Source of the DNA: Octopus sinensis
Taxonomy: Eukaryota
Length of the DNA: 64,000 nt
Assembly (NCBI RefSeq): GCF_006345805.1
Contig: NC_043008.1
Coordinates: 66,402,001 to 66,466,000 of the forward strand
Direction: 5' to 3'
The notes beneath the pieces are model-generated. The model saw nothing but the letters and a program-made list of their open reading frames with translations, did no database searches and was not told where the DNA came from. A program made the position numbers and the translations under genes. Positions 51,721-64,000 of the stretch are shown piece after piece. Each line of letters starts with the position of its first letter. The first letter of the stretch is position 1.

Positions 51721-52944
51721 GATATTATTGTTAGTTCAGTAAAACTCAGTTAACAATACGTTGATATTTTGTATTAATATTAAATCTTGCCTCTTACACT
51801 TCTGAGTTCAAATCCTAAGGTTACCTTTGCCTCTTATTCTTTCGCACTGGATAAAAATAGATTACCAGTCAAGTATTGGTAGGGACAGGGATAGAGAAGT
51901 GGTCAGTATATTTTTAGCTGTTCCCTCCCATATATTTGAGGTCTTACACTTTTGTTAGAAATCAATATTCAGTCTAATTCATAATGTTCTTCTGTGCCTA
52001 CTTTTTCTTTTGGTGCTATCTTGGTTTAGTTGGATCTCTCCACCACCACTGAGCTGTAATTGTTGCTATAGCAACTATTATAGCAGAACATAATCCAATT
52101 GTGTAAGTAGAGCAATGTTTCCATGGTTACTTGCCCTCACTGACATCAAGTCTTAAGTATTAACAATAGTTAAAAGGTGACGGTATGTGTCATGAATGTT
52201 TAGTCTCAGATTTATGTGTTCATAATGCAAAGAAAACTCGATTCATAGACAAAGAATGTTAATTCTCGTTGCTTTAGTAATACACCAACATCTTCGAGAG
52301 AGTTTAGCTTCTGTCTTGAGAAACCAGGGTAAACTTGGACAGGACTGGCATTTTAGACAAAGAATGTAACTTTCATTACTTTAGTAATACACCAACATGT
52401 CATGGAAATTTATTGGTGAAAGACTAGCTCCCTTTCCAGAAAAAAACCCTAAATTCTACAGGTTTGGTTTTGGAGAATTAATCGCTAGTGATAGACAAAA
52501 TGCATTGTGGTGTAGGTTTATATCCCAGGTTCAAATTCTACTGAGGTCGGTTTTGGGTTCTGTTCTACAAAGGTCAACAAAACCAATTCTAATCATGAAC
52601 TAGTATTGTTTCAATCAACTGTACTCCATCTTTTGTAATATGTCACTATATAGATTGAATGATGCTTTATTTTAGTGATCCCTCCAGATTCAATGGAATT
52701 GAGTACCAATCAAGCATTGAGGGTCAATCATATTGACTAACCTCACTTTCCCTTAAGAGAAAGGGCATCTGTCTGTAGAAAGCCTACCTTCATGAGTTCA
52801 TTCTGATTCATACAAGCGTAGAAAAGAGGATATTAAAACAATGATTTTATCTCCCTCTCTATCTCTCCATATAAATATATATATATAAAATTAACAGAAT
52901 GAGATAAAAATTCAAGGCTGTGAAAGATTTCAGGACATTTATGC

Positions 52945-53296
52945 TTACGAACCACATGGTTCCGGGTTCAGTCCCACTGCATGGCACCTTGGGCAAGTGT
53001 CTTCTACTATAGCCTTGTGAGTGGATTTGGTAGACGGAAACTGAAAGACGTCCATCGTATATATGTACATGTATATATGCGTGTGTGTGTATATGTTTGT
53101 GTGTCTGTTTTTGTCCTCCCAACATCACTTGACAACCGATGCTGGTGTGTTTATATCCCCATAATTTAGTGATTCAGCAAAAGGGACCTATAGATTAAGT
53201 ACTAGACTTACAAAGAATAAGTCCTGATGTCGATTTGCTCAACTAAAGGCGGTGCTCCAGCATGGCCACAGACAAATGACTGAAACAAGTAAAAGA

Positions 53297-53298
<2 letters not shown>
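52945..53298 (+). mobile_element. SINE family A (5'-clipped)
   Basis: From GCTTACGAACCACATGG to GACTGAAACAAGTAAAAGAG. Confidence 0.85.
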
Positions 53299-53333
<35 letters not shown>

Positions 53334-53650
53334 GTGTGTGAGTTGCACAGTGACCTCAATAATGCTGGTGGCATGAAGAAAGCACCCTGTAGAGCATCCA
53401 GCTGTAGAAACGGTGCCAAAGCAAACATTTGGAACACAATACACACCTTGGATCCATCTGATCCTACCCAAATTTCCAACCCATGCCAGTATGGAACATT
53501 GAGATTTAAATGATGTTGATGATACACACATGCACACGCAATGTTGATGTACACGTATATCCATAGCCATGTATGTACACGTATATCCATAGCCATGCAG
53601 TGTATATAACTGCATGTATATATCATTGTGTGTGTGGCATATATATATAT

Positions 53651-53755
53651 ATATTCTCAATATAAAATAGTGTATATTGAGAATATGTTCTCTATTGACT
53701 TTTTATACATGCTAGGCCACTGGTGGTGAAATTTCTATAAATAATTTCCACCCTA
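53651..53755 (+). mobile_element. Short relative of the 25.7 kb fold-back element
   Basis: 14-bp perfect arms 53651-53664 and 53673-53686, then TAGGCCACTGGTGGTGAAA (53713-53731) matching 25883-25901. Confidence 0.6.
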
Positions 53756-53769
53756 TATATTTTATGAAT

Positions 53770-53809
<40 letters not shown>

Positions 53810-54794
53810 GAAGAAATTTTTTGCCAAATGAATCGACTTAGTACTTTTTTTAAAGCCTACTTATTCCATCAATCTCTTTTGCCAAACTGCTAAGTTATGG
53901 GGACAACACTGGTTGTCAAGTAGTGGTGTTGGGGGTAGACTCACACAGACACACACACATACTCACGTATATACACACACAGAGAGGCTTCTTTCAGTTT
54001 CCGTCCACCAAATCTACTGAGAAAGGTTTGGTCAGCCCAAGGCTATAGTAGAAGACACTTGCCCAAAGTTCCACATTGTGGGACTGAACCCAGAATCATG
54101 TGAATGGGAAGCAAACTTCATACCACACAGCCATGTCTATGCCTATGTGTGTGTGTATATATATATATAGTTAATCCAAACAAGAAAGCACAAAAAAACA
54201 CAACAACATAAGGACGTGGAACAAATATAGTGTTATTGGACGCTCAGGAAAGGAAAAGAAGGAGTATATAAATTATATTTTTGCAAGTGTCTGAATATCC
54301 ATATGCTTTGGTTAAAACCTATGTGTGTCTATTTACATAGCTGCATATGTGTATGTGTGTGTTATTCAGCCCAAGTCACTGAGAATCATTCTTGTTTTTT
54401 TTTTCCATTTTTAGCATATATTTCTGTGGTGACATTACACGACCCATTTGTGCAGTGACCTATTATTCTGCTCCTGTTCAATGGCATCGATGCACCTATC
54501 TACTGACATTTGTGGAAACCTTCTTAAAGAGATCTGCCATTAATCATTTCCTCTTCCTCCGTCTTCTTCTACAAATCATTAGTTCTGCAAAAGTGGTTAA
54601 GTCGTTTGAGGAAAACCACGGTTCCGTCCTCTGTCTAACTACTATCAATTATAGGTTGTAAATGCTGGCACTGAAGATTTATCTTATAAAAGTCAAAATT
54701 AGTGATTAAGTAGCAAAAAATTGTTATCTCCTTACCACGGTAATAAATAGGTTATATATATGTCACAATAACAAAAATAATGATTTTTTTTTTT

Positions 54795-54953
54795 CAGGAG
54801 TGGGTGTGTGGTAAGTATCTTGCTTACCAACCACATGGTTCTGGGTTCAGTCCCACTGTGTGGCACTCTAGGCAAGTGTCTTCTACTATAGCCTCGGGCC
54901 GAATAAAGCCTTGTGGGTGGATTTAATAAATAGAAACTGAAAGAAGCCTGTCG

Positions 54954-54984
<31 letters not shown>

Positions 54985-55212
54985 TATTATATATATATAT
55001 ATAGTGTGTTTGCATGTTTGTGTGTATGTTTGTCCCCCCAACATCGCTTGACAACCGATGCTGGTGTGTTTACGTACCTGTCATTAGTGGTTCGGCAAGA
55101 GTCTGATAGAATAATTACTAGGCTTACAAAGAATAAGTCCTGGGGTCAATTTGCTTGACTAAAGGCAGTGCTCCAGCATGACCACAGTCAAATGACTGAA
55201 ACAAATAAAAGA
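54795..55212 (+). mobile_element. SINE family A, full length
   Basis: Head and tail match consensus. Confidence 0.9.
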
Positions 55213-55324
55213 AAATTACATGACTTTGTAAATGAACAATCTGGTGTGTTTATTTTAATGGCCCACCAATGTATACAGTGGGGTTTTTTGGGCAAGAAAT
55301 GGAAAAATTTTGAAAGATAATAAT

Positions 55325-56760
55325 AATAATAATGATGATAATAATAGTTTCAAATTTTGGCACAAGGCCAGCAATTTCAGGGAGGGGTAAGTTGATTACA
55401 TCAACCCCAGGTTTCAACTGGTAGTTATTTTATCAACCACAAAAGGATAAAAGGCAAAGTCAACCTCTGTAGAATTTGAACTCAGGATGGAAGACGGACA
55501 AAATACCACTAAGCATTTTGCCTAGCGTGCTAACGATTCTGCTGGCTTGCCACTTTAATAATAATAATAATAATAATAATAATTATAATGGTTTCAAATT
55601 TTGGCACATGGCCAACAAATTCAGGGAGGGGAGAAGTTGATTTCATTGACTCCAATGTTCAACTGGTACTTACTTTATCAACCCAGAAAGGATGAAAGAT
55701 GACATTGACCTTGGTGGCATTTGAACTCAAAACATAAAGATGAACAAAATTTTGTTAAGTATTTTGTGCAACATGCTAACAATTATTATTATTAATAAAA
55801 ATAATAATAATAGTAACAACTACAACAACAGTTTCAAAACTTGGCACATGGCCAGCAGCTCTTTTGAGGTGGGGAGGGAAGTTGATTACATCCACCCCAG
55901 TACTTGACTGATACTTATTTTATTGACACCCTCATCAATAGGATGAAAGGTGAAGTCGACCTTGGCAGAATTTGAACTCAGAATATAAAGATTGATGAAA
56001 TGCTGTTTCGCATTCTGTCTGACTTGCTAACATTTCTGCCAGCTCACTGCCTTAATGATAATAATAATAATAATGATTCTTTCTACTATAAGAACAAGGC
56101 CTGAAATTTTAGTGGAGAGGACTAATGAATGAAATTGACTCCTGTACTTAACTGGTACTTAATCTATTGTCCTCTAAAGGATAAAATATGAAGTTATTGT
56201 CAGCGGAATTTGAACAGAGAACATAAAGATATGACAGAATGCCATTGAGTATTCTGTCTGGTGACAAACAATTCTACCATCTCAATACCTTAATAATAAT
56301 AATTCTTTCTAACAAAGGCACAAGGCCTAAAACTTTGGGGAAGGGGACTAATTGATTACATTGACCCCTGTGTTCCACTGGTACTTATTTCATCAACCTC
56401 TAAAAGGATGAAAGACAAAGTCAACCTCGGCAGAATTTGAACTCAGAACATGCAGATGGACAAAATGCTGCTAAATATTTTGCCCAGCGTGCTAACGATT
56501 CTGCCAGCTCACTATCTTAATAATGATAATAATAATAATAATGGTTACAAATTTTTTCACAAGGGCAGCAATTTTGGGGGAGGGGATGAGTCGATTACAT
56601 TGACCCCAGTGTTCAACTGGTACTTGTTTTATTGACCCCGAAAGGATGAAAGGCAAAGTCAACCTCAGTGGAATTTGAACTCAGAACATAGCAGCAGATG
56701 AAATACCGCTAAGCATTTCGCCTGGCATGCTAACGATTCTGCCAGCTCGCTGCCTGATAA
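55325..56760 (-). mobile_element. Tandem array of about six SINE family B copies separated by (AAT)n
   Basis: Repeated GGTTTCAAATTTTGGCAC...CCCCAGT...GGATGAAAG...TTTGAACTCAG units, all on one strand. Confidence 0.85.
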
Positions 56761-57489
56761 TAATAATAATAATACATAAACGAAACAAAAAAAGCGAAAT
56801 GAAAGTAAAACATACGTTTTGGGGAGCTTTTTTTCTGATAGTTGAAATATTTCTCATAACTTTGTCTCACCTGGTTGAAAACCTCACCTTGAAGAAAGAA
56901 TTAGGAAAAAAAATTCTTCACAGAATCTGAAAACCTCTGTTGTTGTTTGTTGTAAGGCCTTTTGTGTTTTTTTTTTGTCTTTGATATACATTCTTCACTA
57001 ATTACTTTACTCCTGTTGTCTGTTTATCTTTGGATCTCTTGTGTTTTACCTTCCAGAAGTGTTTGCTACAGTTAATCACCAATGAGTTATGATGCCAAAT
57101 TTTGTTGTTGTTGGATTTTTTCCTACGTTTTTTTTTTTCTTGTCTTTTAGGGTGTGGGATTTGTTTTGTTTTCTTCTCTTCCCATCTCCCTAAACCCCCT
57201 CCCCCCAGCACAACACTTGTAAGCCTTTAACACTTCTACTTTACACAATGTCAAATTCTTCCCTATCCACCTCTAGTTCTCTTTCATCCCCCTTCTCTCT
57301 CTCTCTCTTATTTCTATTCATCTCTTTCCCTTTCTCTTTCTATCTCTTTCGTTTCTCTTTATCATTTTTCATTTTTCTCTCTCAGTCTATAAAATTCCAT
57401 AAAAATAGTGCTTTTGTGCCATCAGATGAGATTAATCTTGACATTTCTAGCTTAATGTGCAAAAGCTCCCATCTATCTTATCTTTGAAG

Positions 57490-57745
57490 CAGGGTACTAT
57501 TCATAAAAACTCATCTCTCCCTCTCTTATCTTTGAAAATGAGTCTGCTCATCAGGTGAAGCCTCATCTCCCCCCTCTCTCTCTCTATCTCTTATAGAAAC
57601 AAGACCCTGCTCTTCATATGACAGCTCATCCCTCCCTCTCTTATCTTTAAAAATAAGTATGCTCATCATGTGAAACCTCCTCCCTCTCCCTCTCACACAC
57701 ACACACATCTTAAAAACAAGACCCGGGCTCATCACACAAGAAATC
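57490..57745. repeat. Degenerate CT-rich tandem repeat, two ~115-bp units
   Basis: CTCATC...CCCTCTCTTATCTTT(G/A)AAAAT..GT.TGCTCATCA.GTGAA.CCTC...AAACAAGACCC repeated. Confidence 0.7.
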
Positions 57746-58199
57746 CTCTCTTATTAATTACTGATATCAACCCTTCTAATTTTTGTCTTGTCAAACAATT
57801 TGTTGAATCCTTGATCTTTTTTTTTTTTTTTTGCTGTCTATCTCTCATTGTCAGTCTTTCTTTCTCTCTCTCTCTCCTTCCTTCCTACCTCTTCTCTCCC
57901 CACTCTGTCTCATTAATCTATAGACCATACTAAACCACACATTTGATGTTCATATTGTGTGTTTTTTTTACTCAAGAAACAACTGAATTTCACTGATTCT
58001 CCAGCCTTTTATCTTGGGAGACTGTTGTCTGTGTGTATCTGCATGTGGTGGTTGGTCGGAGAAGAATTTCTTGTGATGTATTGGTATCAGTTAGAATGTG
58101 GAATTACAATAGAGAGCAAGAAAGAGACAGGGAGTAGTGAGGAAGGAGGGAGGGATCTGTTCTCTCCTTGCTAAGCTTGCTCTGTTTATCTTATACTGG

Positions 58200-58800
58200 T
58201 ATCACTTAAAATATGTGAGTCCTGAATAATAATGGCACCTTTCATTATAAGCAAGATGAGGACAAGAAAATATCTTGGTTGAAATGTCTTCTCATTATTG
58301 AAGTTCTATTCTGCACCACATACTGGACATCTGTCTTATATCAACATACTATAAAAAGCTTCAAAATATTTGGCAATCAATTATTTCAAAGTCAACAAGG
58401 GTGGCTTTCTTCAGGACATATGTAGAGAGAATTTTTTTTTTATGTGAAGCTGAAACTTATTCTATGAAAAAGGAGCTTCAATATCACCTTGATGGAACAT
58501 TATCTAGGTTTCTCACAAGAGCTCAAAACATCTCATGGTTGAGCACAAGATCAAATTTGAGGTTTATGAATATATTCTACCCATGTCTATTATTGTTAAT
58601 CTACAGGGTGGGCTTTACTGGCTACTGCTATCATGCTGAACACCAGATTATAACAGATGTTATATTTTAGAGACATCTACATCCTAGCAGAGGGCAAAGA
58701 CCACAAAATTACTCAAATGTTATTGGCTGAGGCACACAACATTAGATCAAGGACTTGACAGAGCTAATGGGTGGGAGTGGACACTGGTTCATGTCATGAT
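58200..58800 (+). mobile_element. Remnant of a third RTE-clade LINE (RT C-terminal region)
   Basis: KYLG; KLQNIWQSIISKSTRVAFFRTYVERIFFLCEAETYS; LDGTLSRFLTRAQNISW; GFTGYCYHAEHQIITDVI; SRGQRP. These resemble RTE/RTE-X ORF2 (LYGAETW, LDGxYTRxLR, FAGHC, RGRP). Confidence 0.75.
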
Positions 58801-58959
58801 GTGATGGAGAACTAGCAACAAAGAATATCTTAATTATCATCATTTTGATCGATAGTTCATCCATTAAAATTACCTACCACTGTTGATTTTCATATTTCTC
58901 ACAAAGAGCTAGAATGGTTTTATGAACATTGGTGATTAGTAAGTAGAATAAAATAATAA

Positions 58960-59142
58960 ATGGGCCCGGTTTCCCAGTTTCAATGGCATATGTGTTCCCC
59001 AGCTGGATGGGACGCCAGTTCATCGCAACGTGAAATGAAGTGTTTTGCTCAAGAACACAATGTGTCGCCCTGTCCAGGAATGGAAACCACAATCTTACAA
59101 TCATGATGCTGACACCCTAACCACTAAGCTACGTGCCTCCAC
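58960..59142 (-). mobile_element. SINE family D (internally deleted)
   Basis: Matches 9066-9313. Confidence 0.8.
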
Positions 59143-60442
59143 ATTAGTAAGTAGAAGTCATAGTTAAATTTTACATAGATTTTGCACTGGGACCCAGTTC
59201 CTTATCGTTTGTTAGCTAGTGACCATGATGATTTCAGGTCCTTATGGCAGTGTCAATCCCTCCAGCATTAAAACGTTGGGGTTCCTCTGACCTCTTTTTC
59301 CCTCCATTAACCATGCAACCACCACACCAAATTAAATATATCTAACCACTGCAACCAAGCATACTAATAACTCAGTAGCTGTGAAAAGGCTATAGTAGAA
59401 TACAGACTACTCCATAGTATTGACACTAACCACCACAACACTTGTCACGACCGTGATCTGTCAATATTGTCTGTAAATTACAAATATTTTACATTGTCTT
59501 TCTGTGATTGAAACCATTTGCTTACCTTGGAAGTGTGAGCAATTGGTGTCTATTGAAAATGGTGGGGGAGCAGAGAGGAGTTCTGACAGGAAGGATATGA
59601 GAATGGTGTGGGGTTTCTATATGATTGTAGATACCTCAGCAGATACAGACTTATATGTACACACACTCACACAAGTGTGTGTGTGTGTGTGTGCATCTAT
59701 ACATGTATCTGCTGCCTCTGTGTACAAGACAATTGTTTGCTCTTGTAGTATTAACACATTTTGTCATTACATACCCTGCAGATAAGACTATTTAAAGAAT
59801 TGCTGTTTTCACATATCCATCTGCTTCTGTCTTATCTATCTGCATGTGTCTTGTCTGTCTCTATTTGCTTTTTTGTGTGTTTGTCTTTCTGATATTAGAT
59901 TATTATTATTACTACTATTATTATTATTATTACTATCATCATCATCATCATTATCATTTGTGATGTGCACAAATGCTTTACATTCAGAATCAATGTCCTT
60001 GATACTGGGTCACAACCAGTTTCCTTAGATATTAAGAATATTTCTTGCAGTCCTTGCTCTTTCCAAATAGAGCAATTATCATCATTATTATTACTATTAA
60101 TAATAATAATGATAATAATAATCCTTTCTACTATAGGCACATGGCCTGAAATTTTTTAGGGGATGGGGGATAATCAATTACATCAACCCTAGAATTCAAC
60201 TGGTACTTATTTTATTGATCCCAAAAGGATGACAGGCAAAGTCAACCTTAATCCCAAGGTAGATCTGAACTCTTGATAAAAAAAAACAACATGAAGCTGT
60301 TATGTACAAGTTCACTAGACCGGAAGCTACAACAACACTAACAACAACAATACAGATTTTGACTTAATAGCTAAGTATTCTAATAGGTCTTTTATTTCCT
60401 TTATCCCTCTTTGTCCAACAGCCATCTCTCTCCCCCTCCCTT

Positions 60443-60512
<70 letters not shown>

Positions 60513-60774
60513 GTAAATTCACCTAAACAGAAGAATTTATTGATGTTTGACACCCAAGAAGTTAAATATTGGCTCAGATGTGTTTAATGTTTTCTGCTCG
60601 TCAGGAAATGTTGGACAAGGGTTTCTCGTCACATACACCACCACCTATATCACTGCCATCACCCTATCTCTACCAAAGACACTTTCTTTCACCATTCCCA
60701 CCTTATACCATTACCCAAGTCTTGATTTTTTTTTTCCTCACCTTGTTTCTCATCACCCCCACCGTTCACAAACT

Positions 60775-61115
60775 TTATAGTTTACCTGTTTCAGTCATTT
60801 GACTGTGGCCATGCTGGAGCACCACCTTGAAAATTTTTTAGTCAAATGAATCAACCTTTTATGCCTGATACTTATTATATCAGGGTCTTTTGCCAAACCA
60901 CAAAGTTACAGGGGTGTAAATACATCAACCCCATTTGTCAAACAATGGTGGGAGACAAACACAAATACACACCACACACACACACATATACAACAAGCTG
61001 CTTTAAGTTTCTGTCGACCAAATCCACTCACAAGGCTCTGGTTTGCCTGAGTGTATAGCACAAGACACTTGCCCAAGGTGCCATGCAGTGGGACTGAACC
61101 CAGAACCATGTGGTT
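60775..61115 (-). mobile_element. SINE family A
   Basis: Reverse complement match. Confidence 0.8.
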
Positions 61116-61597
61116 AGAAATCTAATCTTTAATCTCATTTTTTTCTGTGGTGTGAAGACTTGTCTTTTCAGCTTCTTCCATCCACCTCCTCAACCAATGA
61201 CAATAACTCTTTCAAATTTTGACACAAGGCCAGCAATTCTAAGGGTGGTAAGTGATTGTCAATAACATCAATCCCAGTGTTCAACCAGTACTTATTTTTT
61301 TGACCCCAGAAGGCTGAAATGTAAAGTCAAAACGGTGGAATTTGAGCCCAGAATGTAAGAGCAGAAGAAATGCTGCTAAGCATTTTGCCCAACATCCTTA
61401 CCATTCTGCCTGCTTGGTGCCTTACTAATAACAATAATAATACTAATACCATTAATAATAATGCTTCTAGTTTAGGTGTAAGGCTAAGGGGAGGGTGTGG
61501 CCATGAAGTGTCTGCTAGAATTCAGTTCCATGTCAGAAACAGTGTTCCATTGAGTCTTTGCTCTCTGTTGCTGCTCATTGTTAAATGTTGACTCACA

Positions 61598-61645
<48 letters not shown>

Positions 61646-61994
61646 TGCAATACCTTCGTCTCCACACCCACCCATGCAACATCTCTGGGTAATCTAATAG
61701 CTGTAACCTATTTGATTATTACCTAGCATCTCCACCCTCATCCACCATACTGCATCTCCTCCACCCAGTTATTTCTGAATCTTGATGTGTAATAACGGTG
61801 GTGGTGGTGGTGGTGGTGGTGGTGGTGGTGGTGTTACTTGAAGTGTCTTCAGCATCGGTGAGGGTGGTGGTAGTTCTAGCTTCAACTTTCATTGAGTGTC
61901 TTCTAGTCATTCATATCACTTACTGTGCTTGAGATTCTCGGATGCCTTAGTGTTAATGTGGTCTTATCATATTTTGTTGTACTCTCTCTCTTCT

Positions 61995-62007
61995 CTCTCT
62001 CTCTCTT

Positions 62008-62056
<49 letters not shown>

Positions 62057-63144
62057 GTGTGTGTGGTGTGTGTGTGTGTGTGTATATATATGTGTGTGTG
62101 TGTTATTATATGTGGTTGTGGTTGTGTGTGTATATATATATATGTGTTTGTGTGTGTATATATATGTGTGTGTGTGTGTGTATATATATATATGTGTGTT
62201 GTGTATATATATATATGTGTGTGTATATATATGTGTGTGTGTGTATATATGTGTGTGTGTGTGTATAATGGTGTATGTGTATATATATGTGTGTATGTGT
62301 ATATATATGTATGTGTATATATATGTGTGTATGTGTATATATATGTGTGTATGTGTATATATATGTGTGTATATATATGTGTGTATGTGTATATATATAT
62401 GTGTGTATGTGTATATATATATGTGTGTATATGTATGTGTATATATATGTGTGTATGTGTATATATATATGTGTGTGTGTATATATATATATATGTATGT
62501 TGTGTGTGTGTGTGTTTATGTATATATATAATGAGGGATAGATAGATGCACATACGCACAAATACATGTATTTGTATATGCGTGGCTTTATATATAAATA
62601 CAAACACACATCCATGAAAATTGATACGATCTGGTCTAAGGACAGAGATGTATGTAAATGTGAGTATATGTATGTTTTGTGTGTGTGTGGAGGGGGTGAT
62701 AAATACATCTGTGTATGTATACATACATGCATATATATAAGTATATATATTTGTTTATGTGTGTTTGTGAGTGTGTGTATGTTGTTTATATGTCTTTGTG
62801 TATGATGTGTGTATATGTTCAGTGTTTTGGTATAAACAACAAAACGCATAGCTTCATACGCACAGGTGTATAGACCCACATACACATTCATAAAATTTGT
62901 GCAAACATTATGATGCATGCTCACCTTCACACACGCACACACACACACACACACACAGGAACATGAAACTTGTCATAAGTCATGAAGTTTTGGTTTCACT
63001 CTATACTTTGTTTATTGTATTGAATATTACTTTGTTTCATCTTGTTTGTAAACACAAACATTTACCTAACTATGTGTTTGTATACATATATAGAAACACA
63101 TACACACATAGATATATTCACCTACGCACATCTCTCTCTCCGCA

Positions 63145-63185
<41 letters not shown>

Positions 63186-63221
63186 CACACACAACACCAC
63201 ACACACATATGTGTATATATA

Positions 63222-63267
<46 letters not shown>

Positions 63268-63520
63268 TTACATACACACACACATATATATGTGTATATA
63301 TATGTATATATATATATATATATATATACACATACACACACACACGCATATATATATACACACACATACATATATATATATACACACATATATGTGTATC
63401 ATCATCATCATTGTTACACATATATATGTGTGTGTGTGTATATATATATACATATATATACACACACACACACATATATATATCACATATATAACATATA
63501 TACCTACATATATATTCTTG
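61995..63520. repeat. Large compound (GT/AT) and (AT/AC) microsatellite blocks
   Basis: ~62000-62540 and ~63100-63520; source of the spurious Tyr/Ile/His/Thr/Val/Cys ORFs. Confidence 0.95.
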
Positions 63521-64000
63521 ATGCTATTCTACATGTGTAATGGTGTAAATACATTTAGAAATGTAGACACTTTCAGAAGTACACACAAATGCCCACGCAC
63601 ATTTAAATACAAATAAACAAACACATATACCCATACATGCATGCATTCACACACACACACACACACACGCATATATATACACCCAAAGATAATGTTACCT
63701 CCACAACTCAACAGTTGCTCATTGGCCACTATTAGTATGTATGTAAAAAAAAAAAAAAAACTTCAATATAGTGTTTCTAATGTGTACATGATGGTGATGA
63801 TGATGATGATAAGGATGTTGATGTCGATAAATGATAAGCAAGTAAGGATTCTTTGTTTCACTCCCACAACATTCTCTGTCTGTCTGTCTGTCTCTGTCTC
63901 TTTCTTTTTGCTCTTCATTATCTGAGCCATAGCTAAGGTAACACTCTTGACAGGAACATCTCTACCAGTCAGAGAGAGATGCCATCCATCCATCCTCTTC

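Noticed and set aside
54125-54270. Segment after (TA)n recalling a PLE-associated octopus repeat
   Set aside because: Recognition from memory only; single copy here and no ribozyme core.
61903-63616. Long ORFs (up to 282 aa) rich in Y/I/H/T/V/C
   Set aside because: Translations of dinucleotide microsatellites in several overlapping frames.

Overview
AT-rich, repeat-saturated eukaryotic non-coding DNA (intergenic or large intron). The SINE repertoire and extreme (AT)/(GT)/(AAT)/(CT) microsatellite load look most like an octopod (Octopus) genome; this is an inference from recalled repeat families, not a database match. I find no credible host protein-coding exon, and almost all ORFs in the supplied track are microsatellite or SINE read-throughs. 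Supported content: dozens of tRNA-derived SINE copies in about four modular families (my labels A-E), one 5'-truncated RTE-clade LINE (20.3-21.3 kb) plus many copies of its 3' UTR, two further RTE-clade remnants (28.0-28.3 kb, 58.2-58.8 kb), a decayed Helitron PIF1-like helicase fragment (44.4-44.9 kb), and piggyBac-like, hAT-like and palindromic MITEs. The most interesting signal is a set of short fold-back insertions with long target-site duplications (7.4 kb, 25.7 kb, related copy at 53.7 kb). Alongside them are a type I hammerhead ribozyme motif at 48567-48617, upstream of the same ~195-bp unit found at 7.4 kb, and a head-to-head palindrome of two decayed hammerheads at 4306-4441. Together these suggest non-autonomous Penelope-like or retrozyme-type elements. 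Coordinates were read by eye; repeat boundaries are approximate (+/-10-20 bp) unless TSDs are quoted. The SINE list is representative, not exhaustive.
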